DNA of 29,219 nucleotides from Utricularia gibba (lineage: Eukaryota; Plantae; Magnoliophyta), in NCBI GenBank assembly GCA_002189035.1, contig NEEC01000122.1, positions 1 to 29,219 on the forward strand, read 5' to 3'. Each line of letters opens with the position of its first letter. The first letter of the stretch is position 1. The translations under genes were made by a program, and so were the position numbers. Below the pieces are notes generated by a model. It saw only the letters and a list, made by a program, of their open reading frames with translations. It was not told the DNA's origin and did no database searches. This document shows, one piece after another, positions 11,601 to 25,400 of the stretch.

Positions 11601-14600
11601 AAGAAGACGAACGACTTCGAAGGTTCAACATCGTCCGAAATACGAGAACTAGGGACACACCATGGCATCTTAAATGATCATCTCGAAAAAAATCACATCG
11701 TCCATGCATCAAGTCTCATCACAACGTTTTCGCACACATCTGAAGGCTAATATAAGGCAATCTTTCGAGCATTTGTGCCTCGGACGAACAAGTTCTCAAC
11801 ACGAAAGAAGACGGCTCGGAACGAGCTTCGAAACGGTATGATATGTGCAACATGACTCATCACCGTTTGCAAGATATCCACTCGATACCGAAGAGTGCAC
11901 GAGGCCACCATGAGGTTGTGGCTAGGGACACACCATGGCATCTTAAATGATCATCTCGAGTCTTGATGTCAAAAATCGGAATGAGTCACATTTTCGCGAA
12001 CACTTCGTTGCACATCTGAAGGCTAATATAAGGCAATCTTTCGAGCATTTGTGCCTCCTCGGACGAACAAGTTCTCAACACGTCGGAACGAGCTTCGAAA
12101 CGGTATGATCAACATGACTCATCACAAGATATCGATACCGAAGAGTGCACGAGGCCACCATGAGGTTGTGGCTAGGGACACACCATGGCATCTTAAATGA
12201 TCATCTCGAGAAAATTTCACATCGTCCATGAAATACGCATGTCAACGAAACATGAGTCAAGGCACAGGTCTTTTCGCGAACGTTGGCCACATCTGAAGGC
12301 TAATATAAGGCAATCTTTCGAGCATTTGTGCCTCCTCGGACGAACAAGTTCTCAACACGAAAGAAGAGGCTCGGAACGAGCTTCGAAACGGTATGATATG
12401 TGCAACATGACTCATCACCGTTTGCAAGATATCCACTCGATACCGAAGAGTGCACGAGGCCACCATGAGGTTGTGGCTAGGGACACACCATGGCATCTTA
12501 AATGATCATCTCGAAATCCAAAATTTCACATCGTCCATGAAATACATATGTTTGCATGTCAAAAATCACATTCGCATCGAGTCAGGTGTCCCGAGTCACA
12601 TTTTCGCGAACGTGGTGGCCACTTCGTTGCACATCTGAAGGCTAATATAAGGCAATCTTTCGAGCATTTGTGCCTCCTCGGACGAACAAGTGAAAGAAGA
12701 CGGCTCGGAACGAGCTTCGAAACGGTATGATATGTGCAACATGACTCATCACCGTTTGCAAGATATCCACTCGATACCGAAGAGTGCACGAGGCCACCAT
12801 GAGGTTGTGGCTAGGGACACACCATGGCATCTTAAATGATCATCTCGAAATCCAAATTTCACATCGTCCATGAAATACATATGTCTTGCATGTCAAAAAT
12901 CACATTCGCATCGAGTCAGGTGTCCCGAGTCACATTTTCGCGAACGTGGTGGCCACTTCGTTGCACATCTGAAGGCTAATATAAGGCAATCTTTCGAGCA
13001 TTTGTGCCTCCTCGGACGAACAAGTTCTCAACACGAAAGAAGACCGGCTCGGAACGAGCTTCGAAACGGTATGATATGTGCAACATGACTCATCACCGTT
13101 TGCAAGATATCCACTCGATACCGAAGAGTGCACGAGGCCACCATGAGGTTTGGCTAGGGACACACCATGGCATCTTAAATGATCATCTCGAAATCCGAAA
13201 TTTCACATCGTCCATGAAATACGTGCATGTGCAAAAATCACATTCGCATCGAGTCCCCGAGTCACATTTTCGCGAACGTGGTGGCCACTTCGTTGCACAT
13301 CTGAAGGCTAATATAAGGCAATCTTTCGAGCATTTGTGCCCTCGGACGAACAAGTTCTCAACACGAAAGAAGACGGCTCGGAACGAGCTTCGAAACGGTA
13401 TGATATGTGCAACATGACTCATCACCGTTTGCAAGATATCCACTCGATACCGAAGAGTGCACGAGGCCACCATGAGGTTGTGGCTAGGGACACACCATGG
13501 CATCTTAAATGATCATCTCGAAATCCGAAATTTCACATCGTCCATGAAATACATATGTCTTTGCATGTCAAAAATCACATTCGCATCGAGTCAGGTGTCC
13601 CGAGTCACATTTCGCGAACGTGGTGGCCACTTCGTTGCACATCTGAAGGCTAATATAAGGCAATCTTTCGAGCATTTGTGCCTCCTCGGACGAACAAGTT
13701 CTCAACACGAAAGAAGACCGGCTCGGAACGAGCTTCGAAACGGTATGATATGTGCAACATGACTCATCACCGTTTGCAAGATATCCACTCGATACCGAAG
13801 AGTGCACGAGGCCACCATGAGGTTGTGGCTAGGGACACACCATGGCATCTTAAATGATCATCTCGAAATCCGAAATTTCACATCGTCCATGAAATACATA
13901 TGTCTTGCATGTCAAAAATCACATTCGCATCGAGTCAGGTGTCCCGAGTCACATTTTCGCGAACGTGGTGGCCACTTCGTTGCACATCTGAAGGCTAATA
14001 TAAGGCAATCTTTCGAGCATTTGTGCCTCCTCGGACGAACAAGTTCTCAACACGAAAGAAGACCGGCTCGGAACGAGCTTCGAAACGGTATGATATGTGC
14101 AACATGACTCATCACCGTTTGCAAGATATCCACTCGATACCGAAGAGTGCACGAGGCCACCATGAGGTTGTGGCTAGGGACACACCATGGCATCTTAAAT
14201 GATCATCTCGAAATCCAAATTTCACATCGTCCATGAAATACATATGTCTTGCATGTCAAAAATCACATTCGCATCGAGTCAGGTGTCCCGAGTCACATTT
14301 TCGCGAACGTGGTGGCCACTTCGTTGCACATCTGAAGGCTAATATAAGGCAATCTTTCGAGCATTTGTGCCTCCTCGGACGAACAAGTTCTCAACACGAA
14401 AGAAGACCGGCTCGGAACGAGCTTCGAAACGGTATGCTATGTGCAACATGACTCATCACCGTTTGCAAGATATCCACTCGATACCGAAGAGTGCACGAGG
14501 CCACCATGAGGTTGTGGCTAGGGACACACCATGGCATCTTAAATGATCATCTCGAAATCTAAAATTTCACATCGTCCATGAAATACATATGTCTTGCATG

Positions 14601-16310
14601 TCAAAAATCACATTCGCATCGAGTCAGGTGTCCCGAGTCACATTTTCGCGAACGTGGTGGCCACTTCGTTGCACATCTGAAGGCTAATATAAGGCAATCT
14701 TTCGAGCATTTGTGCCTCCTCGGACGAACAAGTTCTCAACACGAAAGAAGACCGGCTCGGAACGAGCTTCGAAACGGTATGATATGTGCAACATGACTCA
14801 TCACCGTTTGCAAGATATCCACTCGATACCGAAGAGTGCACGAGGCCACCATGAGGTTGTGGCTAGGACACACCCATGGCATCTTAAATGATCATCTCGA
14901 AATCCAAATTTCACATCGTCCATGAAATACATATGTCTTGCATGTCAAAAATCACATTCGCATCGAGTCAGGTGTCCCGAGTCACATTTCGCGAACGTGG
15001 TGGCCACTTCGTTGCACATCTGAAGGCTAATATAAGGCAATCTTTCGAGCATTTGTGCCTCCTCGGACGAACAAGTTCTCAACACGAAAGAAGACCGGCT
15101 CGGAACGAGCTTCGAAACGGTATGATATGTGCAACATGACTCATCACCGTTTGCAAGATATCCACTCGATACCGAAGAGTGCACGAGGCCACCATGAGGT
15201 TGTGGCTAGGGACACACCCATCTTAAATGATCATCTCGAAATCCAAATTTCACATCGTCCATGAAATACATATGTCTTGCATGTCAAAAATCACATTCGC
15301 ATCGAGTCAGGTGTCCCGAGTCACATTTTCGCGAACGTGGTGGCCACTTCGTTGCACATCTGAAGGCTAATATAAGGCAATCTTTCGAGCATTTGTGCCT
15401 CCTCGGACGAACAAGTTCTCAACACGAAAGAAGAAGGAACGAGCTTCGAAACGGTATGATATGTGCAACATGACTCATCACCCAAGATATCCACTCGATA
15501 CCGAACACGAGGCCACCATGAGGTTGGCTAGGACACACCCATGGCATCTTAAATGATCATCTCGAAATCCGACACATCGTCCATGAAATACATATGTTTG
15601 CATGTCAAAAATCACATTCGCATCGAGTCAGGTGTCCCGAGTCACATTTTCGCGAACGTGGTGGCCACTTCGTTGCACATCTGAAGGCTAATATAAGGCA
15701 ATCTTTCGAGCATTTGTGCCTCCTCGGACGAACAAGTTCTCAACACGAAAGAAGACCGGCTCGGAACGAGCTTCGAAACGGTATGATATGTGCAACATGA
15801 CTCATCACCGTTTGCAAGATATCCACTCGATACCGAAGAGTGCACGAGGCCACCATGAGGTTGTGGCTAGGGACACACCCATCTTAAATGATCATCTCGA
15901 AATCCAAATTTCACATCGTCCATGAAATACATATGTTTTGCATGTCAAAAATCACATTCGCATCGAGTCAGGTGTCCCGAGTCACATTTTCGCGAACGTG
16001 GTGGCCACTTCGTTGCACATCTGAAGGCTAATATAAGGCAATCTTTCGAGCATTTGTGCCCTCGGACGAACAAGTTCTCAACACGAAAGAAGACCGGCTC
16101 GGAACGAGCTTCGAAACGGTATGATATGTGCAACATGACTCATCACCGTTTGCAAGATATCCACTCGATACCGAAGAGTGCACGAGGCCACCATGAGGTT
16201 GTGGCTAGGGACACACCATGGCATCTTAAATGATCATCTCGAAATCCGAAATTTCACATCGTCCATGAAATACATATGTCTTGCATGTCAAAAATCACAT
16301 TCGCATCGAG
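8571..16310 (+). repeat. Sub-array of subtype B monomers (GTGCCTCCTCGGAC ... GACCGGCTC, mostly CCGTTTGCAA and GACACACCATGG)
   Basis: After 8578 no GTGCAG-type diagnostic site was seen until about 16400. The most uniform stretch is about 13460-15200. Confidence 0.85.
8800..12300 (+). other. Eroded patch: deletion-rich monomers shortened to roughly 280-300 bp, with clean islands
   Basis: The CTGA/GAAGGCTAATATAAGG anchor falls at about 9047, 9336, 9632, 9763, 10064, 10360 and 10643 instead of every 345 bp. An intact monomer survives at about 11090-11440. Confidence 0.85.
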
Positions 16311-19085
16311 TCAAATGTCAATCTGAATCAGATTTGACGTGAAAGTTTTCGACGAACACTCGATGAAGAGTGCTTCGTTGGTGGAGGCCAATTTCGTGCA
16401 GCCTCATCTGAAGCTAATATAAGGCAATCTTTCGAGCATTTGTGCCCTCGGACGAACAAGTTCTCAACACGAAAGAAGACCGGCTCGGAACGAGCTTCGA
16501 AACGGTATGATATGTGCAACATGACTCATCACCGTTTGCAAGATATCCACTCGATACCGAAGAGTGCACGAGGCCACCATGGGTTGTGGCTAGGGACACA
16601 CCCATTGTGAGCTATGAAATACACACGCATCCAAACAAAATACATTCGCATCGATATCCACTTCACATCGAGATGTGTGGCCACCATGAGGTCTTGCATG
16701 ATCAAAATGGCATCCAGTCAGGCCCATCTGAATTTAATATAAGGCAATCTTTCGAGCATTTGTGCGGACGAACAAGTTCTCAACACGAAAGAAGACTGGC
16801 TCGGCAACGAGAAGAGTGCTGAAGACACACGGCATAAATGATCATCTCGAGCACATCATGAAATGTCATGTCACACATTCGTTCAGGTGTCAGTCACATT
16901 TCGCGAACGTGGTGGCCACTTCGTTGCACATCTGATACAATCGAATTTGTGCAGTCGGACGAACAAGAGAAAGCCAACGAGCATATGAGGCAACATTGTG
17001 CAAGAGAGAAGAGACGAGGCCACCATGAGGTATGGCATCTTAAATGATCATCTCGAAATCCAAATTTCACATCGTCCATGAAATACATATGTCATCAAAA
17101 ATCACGCATCGAGTCAGAAGAAACTTCGTTGCACATCTGATAACAATCTTTCGAGTCATGTTGATCAACATGAGTCAAGGATACCGAAGAGTGTGAGCCA
17201 CACCATGGCGGAGAAGTGAAGTGCATGCCACATTCGCATCGAGTCAGCACACATCTGGTTTCGTTGCAGAAGGCTAATATAAGGCAATCTTTCGAGCATT
17301 TGTGCCTCCTCGGACGAACAAGTTCTCAACACGAAAGAAGACCGGCTCGGAACGAGCTTCGAAACGGTATGCTATGTGCAACATGACTCATCACCGTTTG
17401 CAAGATATCCACTCGATACCGAAGAGTGCACGAGGCCACCATGAGGTTGTGGCTAGGGACACACCATGGCATCTTAAATGATCATCTCGAAATCCGAAAT
17501 TTCACATCGTCATCATGTCAAATACATATGTCCAGTCACATGTCCAACAAATCACATACTCGAGTTGTCATGAGAGGATTTTCACGAACGTGGTGGCCAC
17601 TTCGTTGCACATCTGAAGGCTAATATAAGGCAATCTTTCGAGCATTTGTGCAGCCTCGGACGAACAAGTTCTCAACACGAAATCGGAACGAGCTTCGAAA
17701 CGCTTGCAACGAGCTCCACTTCGATGAGCATCACTCATCAGTTTGCAAGATATCCACTCGATACCGAAGACGTGCACGAGGCCACCTCATGTGATTGTGA
17801 CTAGGGACCACCCATAAATGAGATAAATCCAAAAAAGACAAAATCAAATGAATGTGTCTCATGTCAAATCACATTTCGAGTCGGTGTCCCGAGTCACATT
17901 TTCCAATCGTGGTGGCCACTTCGTTGCACATCTGAAGGCTAATATAAGGCAATCTTTCGAGCATTTGTGCCTCCTCGGACGAACAAGTTCTCAACACGAA
18001 AGACGGCTCGGAACGAGCTTCGAAACGGTATCTGAGCAAGATATCGATACCGAAGAGTGCACGAGGCTCTAGGGACACGTAAATGATCATCTCGAAATGA
18101 CATATGATCACACATTTGCAAGTGAACGTCCACTCGATCCCAAGATATTGTCGGATACCGAATGAGGTTGTGAGGTTGTGGCTAGGGACACACCCATGAT
18201 CATCTCGAAATCCAAATCTTAAATGATCATCTCGAAATGAAATTTCACATCGTCCCATGAAATACATATGTCTTGCATCAAAAATCACATTGTCGAGAGG
18301 TGTCCCGAGTCACATTTTCGCGAATGTGGTGGCCACTTCGTTGCACATCTGAAGGCTAATATAAGGCAATCTTTCGAGCATTTGTGCCCTCGGACGAACA
18401 AGTTCTCAACACGAAAGAAGACCGGCTCGGAACGAGCTTCGAAACGGTATGATATGTGCAACATGACTCATCACCGTTTGCAAGATATCCACTCGATACC
18501 GAAGAGTGCACGAGGCCACCATGAGGTTGTGGCTAGGACACACCCATGGCATCTTTCACATCGAAATGATGTCGACAATCCATGAATCACATTGTCGAGC
18601 AGGTGTCTTCACATTCGCGAGTGGGTCAGGTGCACATTTCGCGAACGTGGTGGCCACTTCGTTGCACATCTGAAGGCTAATATAAGGCAATCTTTCGAGC
18701 ATTTGTGCCCTCGGACGAACAAGTTCTCAACACGAAAGAAGACCGGCTCGGAACGAGCTTCGAAACGGTATGATATGTGCAACATGACTCATCACCGTTT
18801 GCAAGATATCCACTCGATACCGAAGAGTGCACGAGGCCACCATGAGGTTGTGGCTAGGGACATTTGGCGAACGACCTGGCATCTTGTCAATCGTCACATG
18901 ATCGATTTCTCATGTCAAAAATCACATTTCGAGGGTGTCACCCGGTCACATTTTTGAAGAACTAATATAAAGGCAATTCTTTTCGAGCATTGTGCAAGGC
19001 TCTCACCGGCAAGATCGAAGACCCCTCGGAACGAACATTCCAAACGATGATAACAAGGGAACACGAAAGATCTCATCGGAACGAG
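16310..19085 (+). other. Eroded and shuffled patch made of monomer fragments
   Basis: Short monomer-derived words appear out of consensus order between intact half-monomers (for example 16590-17270, 17700-18230, 18860-19085). Confidence 0.8.
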
Positions 19086-20199
19086 CTTTCACATCGTCCC
19101 ATGAAATACATATGTCTTGCATCAAAAATCACATTCGCATCGAGTCAGGTGTCCCGAGTCACATTTTCGCGAACGTGGTGGCCACTTCGTTGCACATCTG
19201 AAGGCTAATATAAGGCAATCTTTCGAGCATTTGTGCCTCGGACGAACAAGTTCTCAACACGAAAGAAGACCGGCTCGGAACGAGCTTCGAAACGGTATGA
19301 TATGTGCAACATGACTCATCACCGTTGCAAGATATCCACTCGATACCGAAGAGTGCACGAGGCCACCATGAGGTTGTGGCTAGGGACACACCCATCTTAA
19401 ATGATCATCTCGAAATCCAAATTTCACATCGTCCATGAAATACATATGTCTTGCATCAAAAATCACATTCGCATCGAGTCAGGTGTCCCGAGTCACATTT
19501 TCGCGAACGTGGTGGCCACTTCGTTGCACATCTGAAGGCTAATATAAGGCAATCTTTCGAGCATTTGTGCCCTCGGACGAACAAGTCTCAACACGAAAGA
19601 AGACCGGCTCGGAACGAGCTTCGAAACGGTATGATATGATCACGCAACATCGACTGTCATCACCACATTGCAAGTGGTGGAGGCAAGTGCACGAGAAGGC
19701 TAATATAAGGCAATCTTTCGAGCATTTGTGCCTCGGACGAACAAGTTCTCAACACGTCGGAACGAGCTTCGAAACGGTATGATATGTGCAACATGACTCA
19801 TCACCGTTAAGATATCCACTCGATACCGAAGAGTGCACGAGGCCACCATGAGGTTGTGGCTAGGGACACACTTAAATGATCATCTCGAAATCAAAATTTC
19901 ACATCGTCCCATGAAATACATACGTCTTGCATGTCAAAAATCACATTCGCATCGAGTCAGGTGTCCCGAGTCACATTTTCGCGAACGTGGTGGCCACTTC
20001 GTTGCACATCTGAAGGCTAATATAAGGCAATCTTTCGAGCATTTGTGCCCTCGGACGAACAAGTTCTCAACACGAAAGAAGACCGGCTCGGAACGAGCTT
20101 CGAAACGGTATGATATGTGCAACATGACTCATCACCGTTGCAAGATATCCACTCGATACCGAAGAGTGCACGAGGCCACCATGAGGTTGTGGCTAGGGA

Positions 20200-22440
20200 C
20201 ACATGCATCTCATCGAAAAAATCTTCAAATCCGATCCAACATCGTTCCATCATGAAATACATATGTCTTGCATGTCAAAAATCACATTCGCATCGAGTCA
20301 GGTGTCCCGAGTCACGCGAACGTGGTGGCCACTTCGTTGCACATCTGAAGGCTAATATAAGGCAATCTTTCGAGCATTTGTGCCCTCGGACGAACAAGTT
20401 CTCAACACGAAAGAAGACCGGCTCGGAACGAGCTTCGAAACGGTATGATATGTGCAACATGACTCATCACCGTTGCAAGATATCCACTCGATACCGAAGA
20501 GTGCACGAGGCCACCATGAGGTAGGGAGATCATCTCGAAATCCAATTTCACATCGTCCCATGAAATACGTCTTGCATGTCAAAAATCACATTCGCATCGA
20601 GTCAGGTGTCCCGAGTCGCGAACGTGGTGGCCACTTCGTTGCACATCTGAAGGCTAATATAAGGCAATCTTTCGAGCATTTGTGCACGAACAAGTTCTCA
20701 ACACGAAAGAAGACCTCGGAACGAGCTTCGAAACGGTATGATATGTGCAACATGACTCATCACCGCAAGATATCCACTCGATACCGAAGAGTGCACGAGT
20801 ATGATGATGTGCAACATGACTCATCACCGTTTGCAAGATATCCACTCGATACCGAAGAGTGCACGAGGCCACCATGAGGTTGTAGCTAGGGACACACCAA
20901 AATGGCATTCTTGCATCGATCGTCAGTCCAAAAACATCGTCACATCGCGAACGTACATATGTCGTGCATGTCAAAAATCACATTCGCATCGAGTCAGGTG
21001 TCCCGCAGTCACATTTTCGCGAACGTGGTGGCCACTTCGTTGCACATCTGAAGGCTAATATAACGAGCTTCGAAACGGTATGATATGTGCAACATGACTC
21101 ATCACCGAAGATATCCACTCGATACCGAAGAGTGCACGAGGCCACCATGCTAGGGACACACCCATGGCATCTTAAATGATCATCTCGAAATCCAAAATTT
21201 CACATCGATGAAATACATAGTGTCAACACGCATTCAGAACAAAACAAGACCGAGCTCAGGTATTCGAAACGGTATGATATGTGCAACATGACTCATCACC
21301 GTTTGCAAGATATCCACTCGATACCGAAGAGTGCACGAGGCCACCATGAGGTTGTGGCCACTTCGATTGACATCTTAAGCATCGAGTCTAACATAAAACA
21401 TCGCTAGGGAGCATTTGTGCACGAACAAGTTCTCAACATAAATCGATCAAAATCAAATTGCATCGAGTCATGATGTCCGAGTCACATTTCTCGCGAACGT
21501 GGTGGCCACTTCGTTGAAGACATCTGAAGAAAATATATGATATGTCTTTCATGCATCATCACGCCTCAACGAACAACTCTCACACGAACAGAAGACCGGC
21601 TCGGAACGAGCTTCGAAACGGTATGATATGTGCAACATGACTCATCACCGTTTGCCGAAGATGCACGAGGCCACCATGAGGTTGTGGCCACTCGATACAC
21701 ATCGATGAGAGTCAAAAATCACATTCGCATCGAGTCAGCCCGAGTCACATTTTCGCGAACGTGTTTCGTGGAAGGCTAATATAAGGGACACAGTCCCTTA
21801 AAATGATATGACATCTCATCACCGTTGCAAGATCCACTCGATACCGATTTCTATGGCATCGAGCATCGTTCCCATGGCAACATGATCATCACGAATAAAT
21901 ACATACTTGCATGTCAAAAATCACATTCGCATGTCAAAAATCCACTTCGTTGCACATCTCGGCATCGAGCATCACGCATCTCAGTGTCCCGAAACGTCAA
22001 CATTTTCAAGCCACTCGAACGTGGAGGCCACCATGAGGTTGTGGCTAGGGACACACCCTTAAATGATCATCTCGAAATCCAAAATGTCACATCTCTTTCG
22101 CAAGGAGTTGCTAAACATATAAGGGCAATCTTTCGAGCATTTGTGCCTCTCGGACGAACAAGTTCTCAACACGAAAGAAGACCGGCTCGGAACGAGCTTC
22201 GAAACGGTATGATACTGTGCCAACATGAAGGCTCAATCACCAGTTTGCCCGAACCGAAGTGCATCCAACACTCATCGATACATCCGAAGAGTGCACGATC
22301 ATATGGTCCAGTCCATGCGAGTTGTTTCGTGGCTAATATAAGGGACACACCCTATAACATCTGATGGATCATCAACATGACGAACGATCCAAATTTCTAG
22401 GGACATCGTCAAATCCCACATTTTCGACATCGAAAATACA
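20200..22440 (+). other. Eroded and shuffled patch made of monomer fragments
   Basis: Includes partial duplications (about 20740-20870), large skips (21060) and a mosaic stretch at about 21200-22440. Confidence 0.8.
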
Positions 22441-25400
22441 TACGTCTTGCATGTCAAAAATCACATTCGCATCGAGTCAGGTGTCCCGAGTCACATTTTC
22501 GCGAACGTGGTGGCCACTTCGTTGCACATCTGAAGGCTAATATAAGGCAATCTTTCGAGCATTTGTGCCCTCGGACGAACAAGTTCTCAACACGAAAGAA
22601 GACCGGCTTCGAAACGAACAACATGAGCTTCGAAATAACGAGTATGATAAATGTGAAATCCAACACATGTCCCACATACTTGCATGTCAAAAATCACATT
22701 CGCATCGAGTCAGGTGTCCCGAGTCACATTTTCGCGAACGTGGTGGCCACTTCGTTGCACATCTGAAGGCTAATATAAGGCAATCTTTCGAGCATTTGTG
22801 CTCCTCGGACGAACAAGTTCTCAACACGAAAGAAGACGGCTCGGAACGAGCTTCGAAACGGTATGATATGTGCAACATGACTCATCACCTTGCAAGATAT
22901 CCACTCGATACCGAAGAGTGCACGAGGCCACCATGAGGTTGTGGCTAGGACACACCCTTAAATGATCATCTCGAAATCCAAATTTCACATCGTCCCATGA
23001 AATACATATGTCTTGCATGTCAAAAATCACATTCGCATCGAGTCAGGTGTCCCCACATTTTCGCGAACGTGGTGGCCACTTCGTTGCACATCTGAAGGCT
23101 AATATAAGGCAATCTTTCGAGCATTTGTGCAGCCTCGGACAACGAGGAAGAGGCCGGAACCTTCGATATGAGGTTGTTGCAAGGCTTCGAGGTTTGCATG
23201 ACGAGGCCACCCTATGATTCGAAATCAACATCTTAAATGATCATCTTTCGCATCGACGAACAAGTCCACAAATTGCAAGGATTCACGAGCGACAACATCG
23301 TCCCATCTGAAAATACATACGTCTCCTCGGACGAACAAGTTCTCAACACGAAAGAAGACGGCTCGGAACGAGCTTCGAAACGGTATGATATGTGCAACAT
23401 GACTCATCACCGTTCGCAAGATATCCACTCGATACCGAAGAGTGCACGAGGCCACCATGAGGTGTGGCTAGGGACACATCTTAAATGATCATCTCGAAAT
23501 CCAAATTTCACATCGTCCCATGAAATACATACGTCTTGCATGTCAAAAATCACATTCGCATCGAGTCAGGTGTCCCGAGTCACATTTTCGCGACGTGGTG
23601 GCCACTTCGTTGCACATCTGAAGGCTAATATAAGGCAATCTTTCGAGCATTTGTGCTCGGACGAACAAGTTCTCAACACGAAAGAAGACGGCTCGGAACG
23701 AGCTTCGAAACGGTATGATATGTGCAACATGACTCATCACCGTTGCAAGATATCCACTCGATACCGAAGAGTGCACGAGGCCACCATGAGGTTGTGGCTA
23801 GGGACACACCCATGATCATCTCGAAATCCAAAATTTCACATCGTCCCATGAAATACATATGTCTTGCATGTCAAAAATCACATTCGCATCGAGTCAGGTG
23901 TCCCGAGTCACATTTTCGCGAATGGTGGCCACTTCGTTGCACATCTGAAGGCTAATATAAGGCAATCTTTCGAGCATTTGTGCCTCCTCGGACGAACAAG
24001 TTCTCAACACGAAAGAAGACCGGCTCGGAACGAGCTTCGAAACGGTATGATATGTGCAACATGACTCATCACCGTTGCAAGATATCCACTCGATACCGAA
24101 GAGTGCACGAGGCCACCATGAGGTTGTGGCTAGGGACACACCCTGAGATCATCACATCGTCTTACATCTCGTCTTGCATGAATACATATGCATCGAGTCA
24201 GGTGTCAGGTGTCCGAGTCACATTTTCGCGAACGTGGTGGCCACTTCGTTGCACATCTGAAGGCTAATATAAGGCAATCTTTCGAGCATTTGTGCAGCCT
24301 CGGAAGACCGAACAAGGTTGCTCAACATCGAAGAGATAGACACGGCTCGGACACGAATGCTTCGAAACGGCAATACATGTGCATATGTCGCAACATGACT
24401 CCATCACCGTTGCAAGATATCCACTCGATACCGAAGAGTGCACGAGGCCACCATGAGGTTGTGGCTAGGGACACACCCATTAAATGATCATCTCGAAATC
24501 CAAAATTTCACATCGTCCCATGAAATACATACGTCTTGCATGTCAAAAATCACATTCGCATCGAGTCAGGTGTCCCGAGTCACATTTTCGCGAACGTTGC
24601 ATGTGGCAATCCCGAGCATTCGTTGCCACATCTGAAGGCTAATATAAGGCAATCTTTCGAGCATTTGTGCAGCTCGGACGAACAAGTTCTCAACACGAAA
24701 GAAGACCGGCTCGGAACGAGCTTCGAAACGGTATGATATGTGCAACATGACTCATCACCGTTGCAAGATATCCACTCGATACCGAAGAGTGCACGAGGCC
24801 ACCATGAGGTGTGGCTAGGGACACACCCTTAAATGATCATCTCGAAATCCAAAATTCTCAACATCGTCCCATGAAACTTTGCACATCGACGTCTTTGCAT
24901 GTCAAAAATCTCAACATTTCGCATCATATGAGTCAAGGATGGTGCCCGAGTCACATTTTCGCGAACGTCTTGGTGGCCCGACTTCGTTGCACACATCTGA
25001 AGGCTAATATAAGGCAATCTTTCGAGCATTTGTGCTCTCGCTCGAGACGAACAAACGTTGGCTCACACAAGGCGAACCGAGAACGACCGAGCTCGGAACG
25101 AGCTTCGAAACGGTATGATCACATGTGCAACATCGACTGCAATCTAGCACTTTCGAAATCAACGATGAAATACCATGACTCGCATATCCGAACCGAAGTG
25201 CACGAGGCCACCATGAGGTGATCGGCTGAAACGGCATGACACACCATCAGTGGCCATCTTAAGGCCACTGATCTATGGCATCGAAATCCAAAATTTCACA
25301 TCGTCCCATGAAATACATACGCATCATCTGCATCGTCAAAATTTCATCCACATTCGCATCTTTCGAGTCAGGTGTCCCGAGTCACATTTTCGCGAAGGCG

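Noticed and set aside
21825-22364. Longest ORF (179 aa)
   Set aside because: It lies in a shuffled patch and is a patchwork of the same monomer-derived peptides; it is open by chance.
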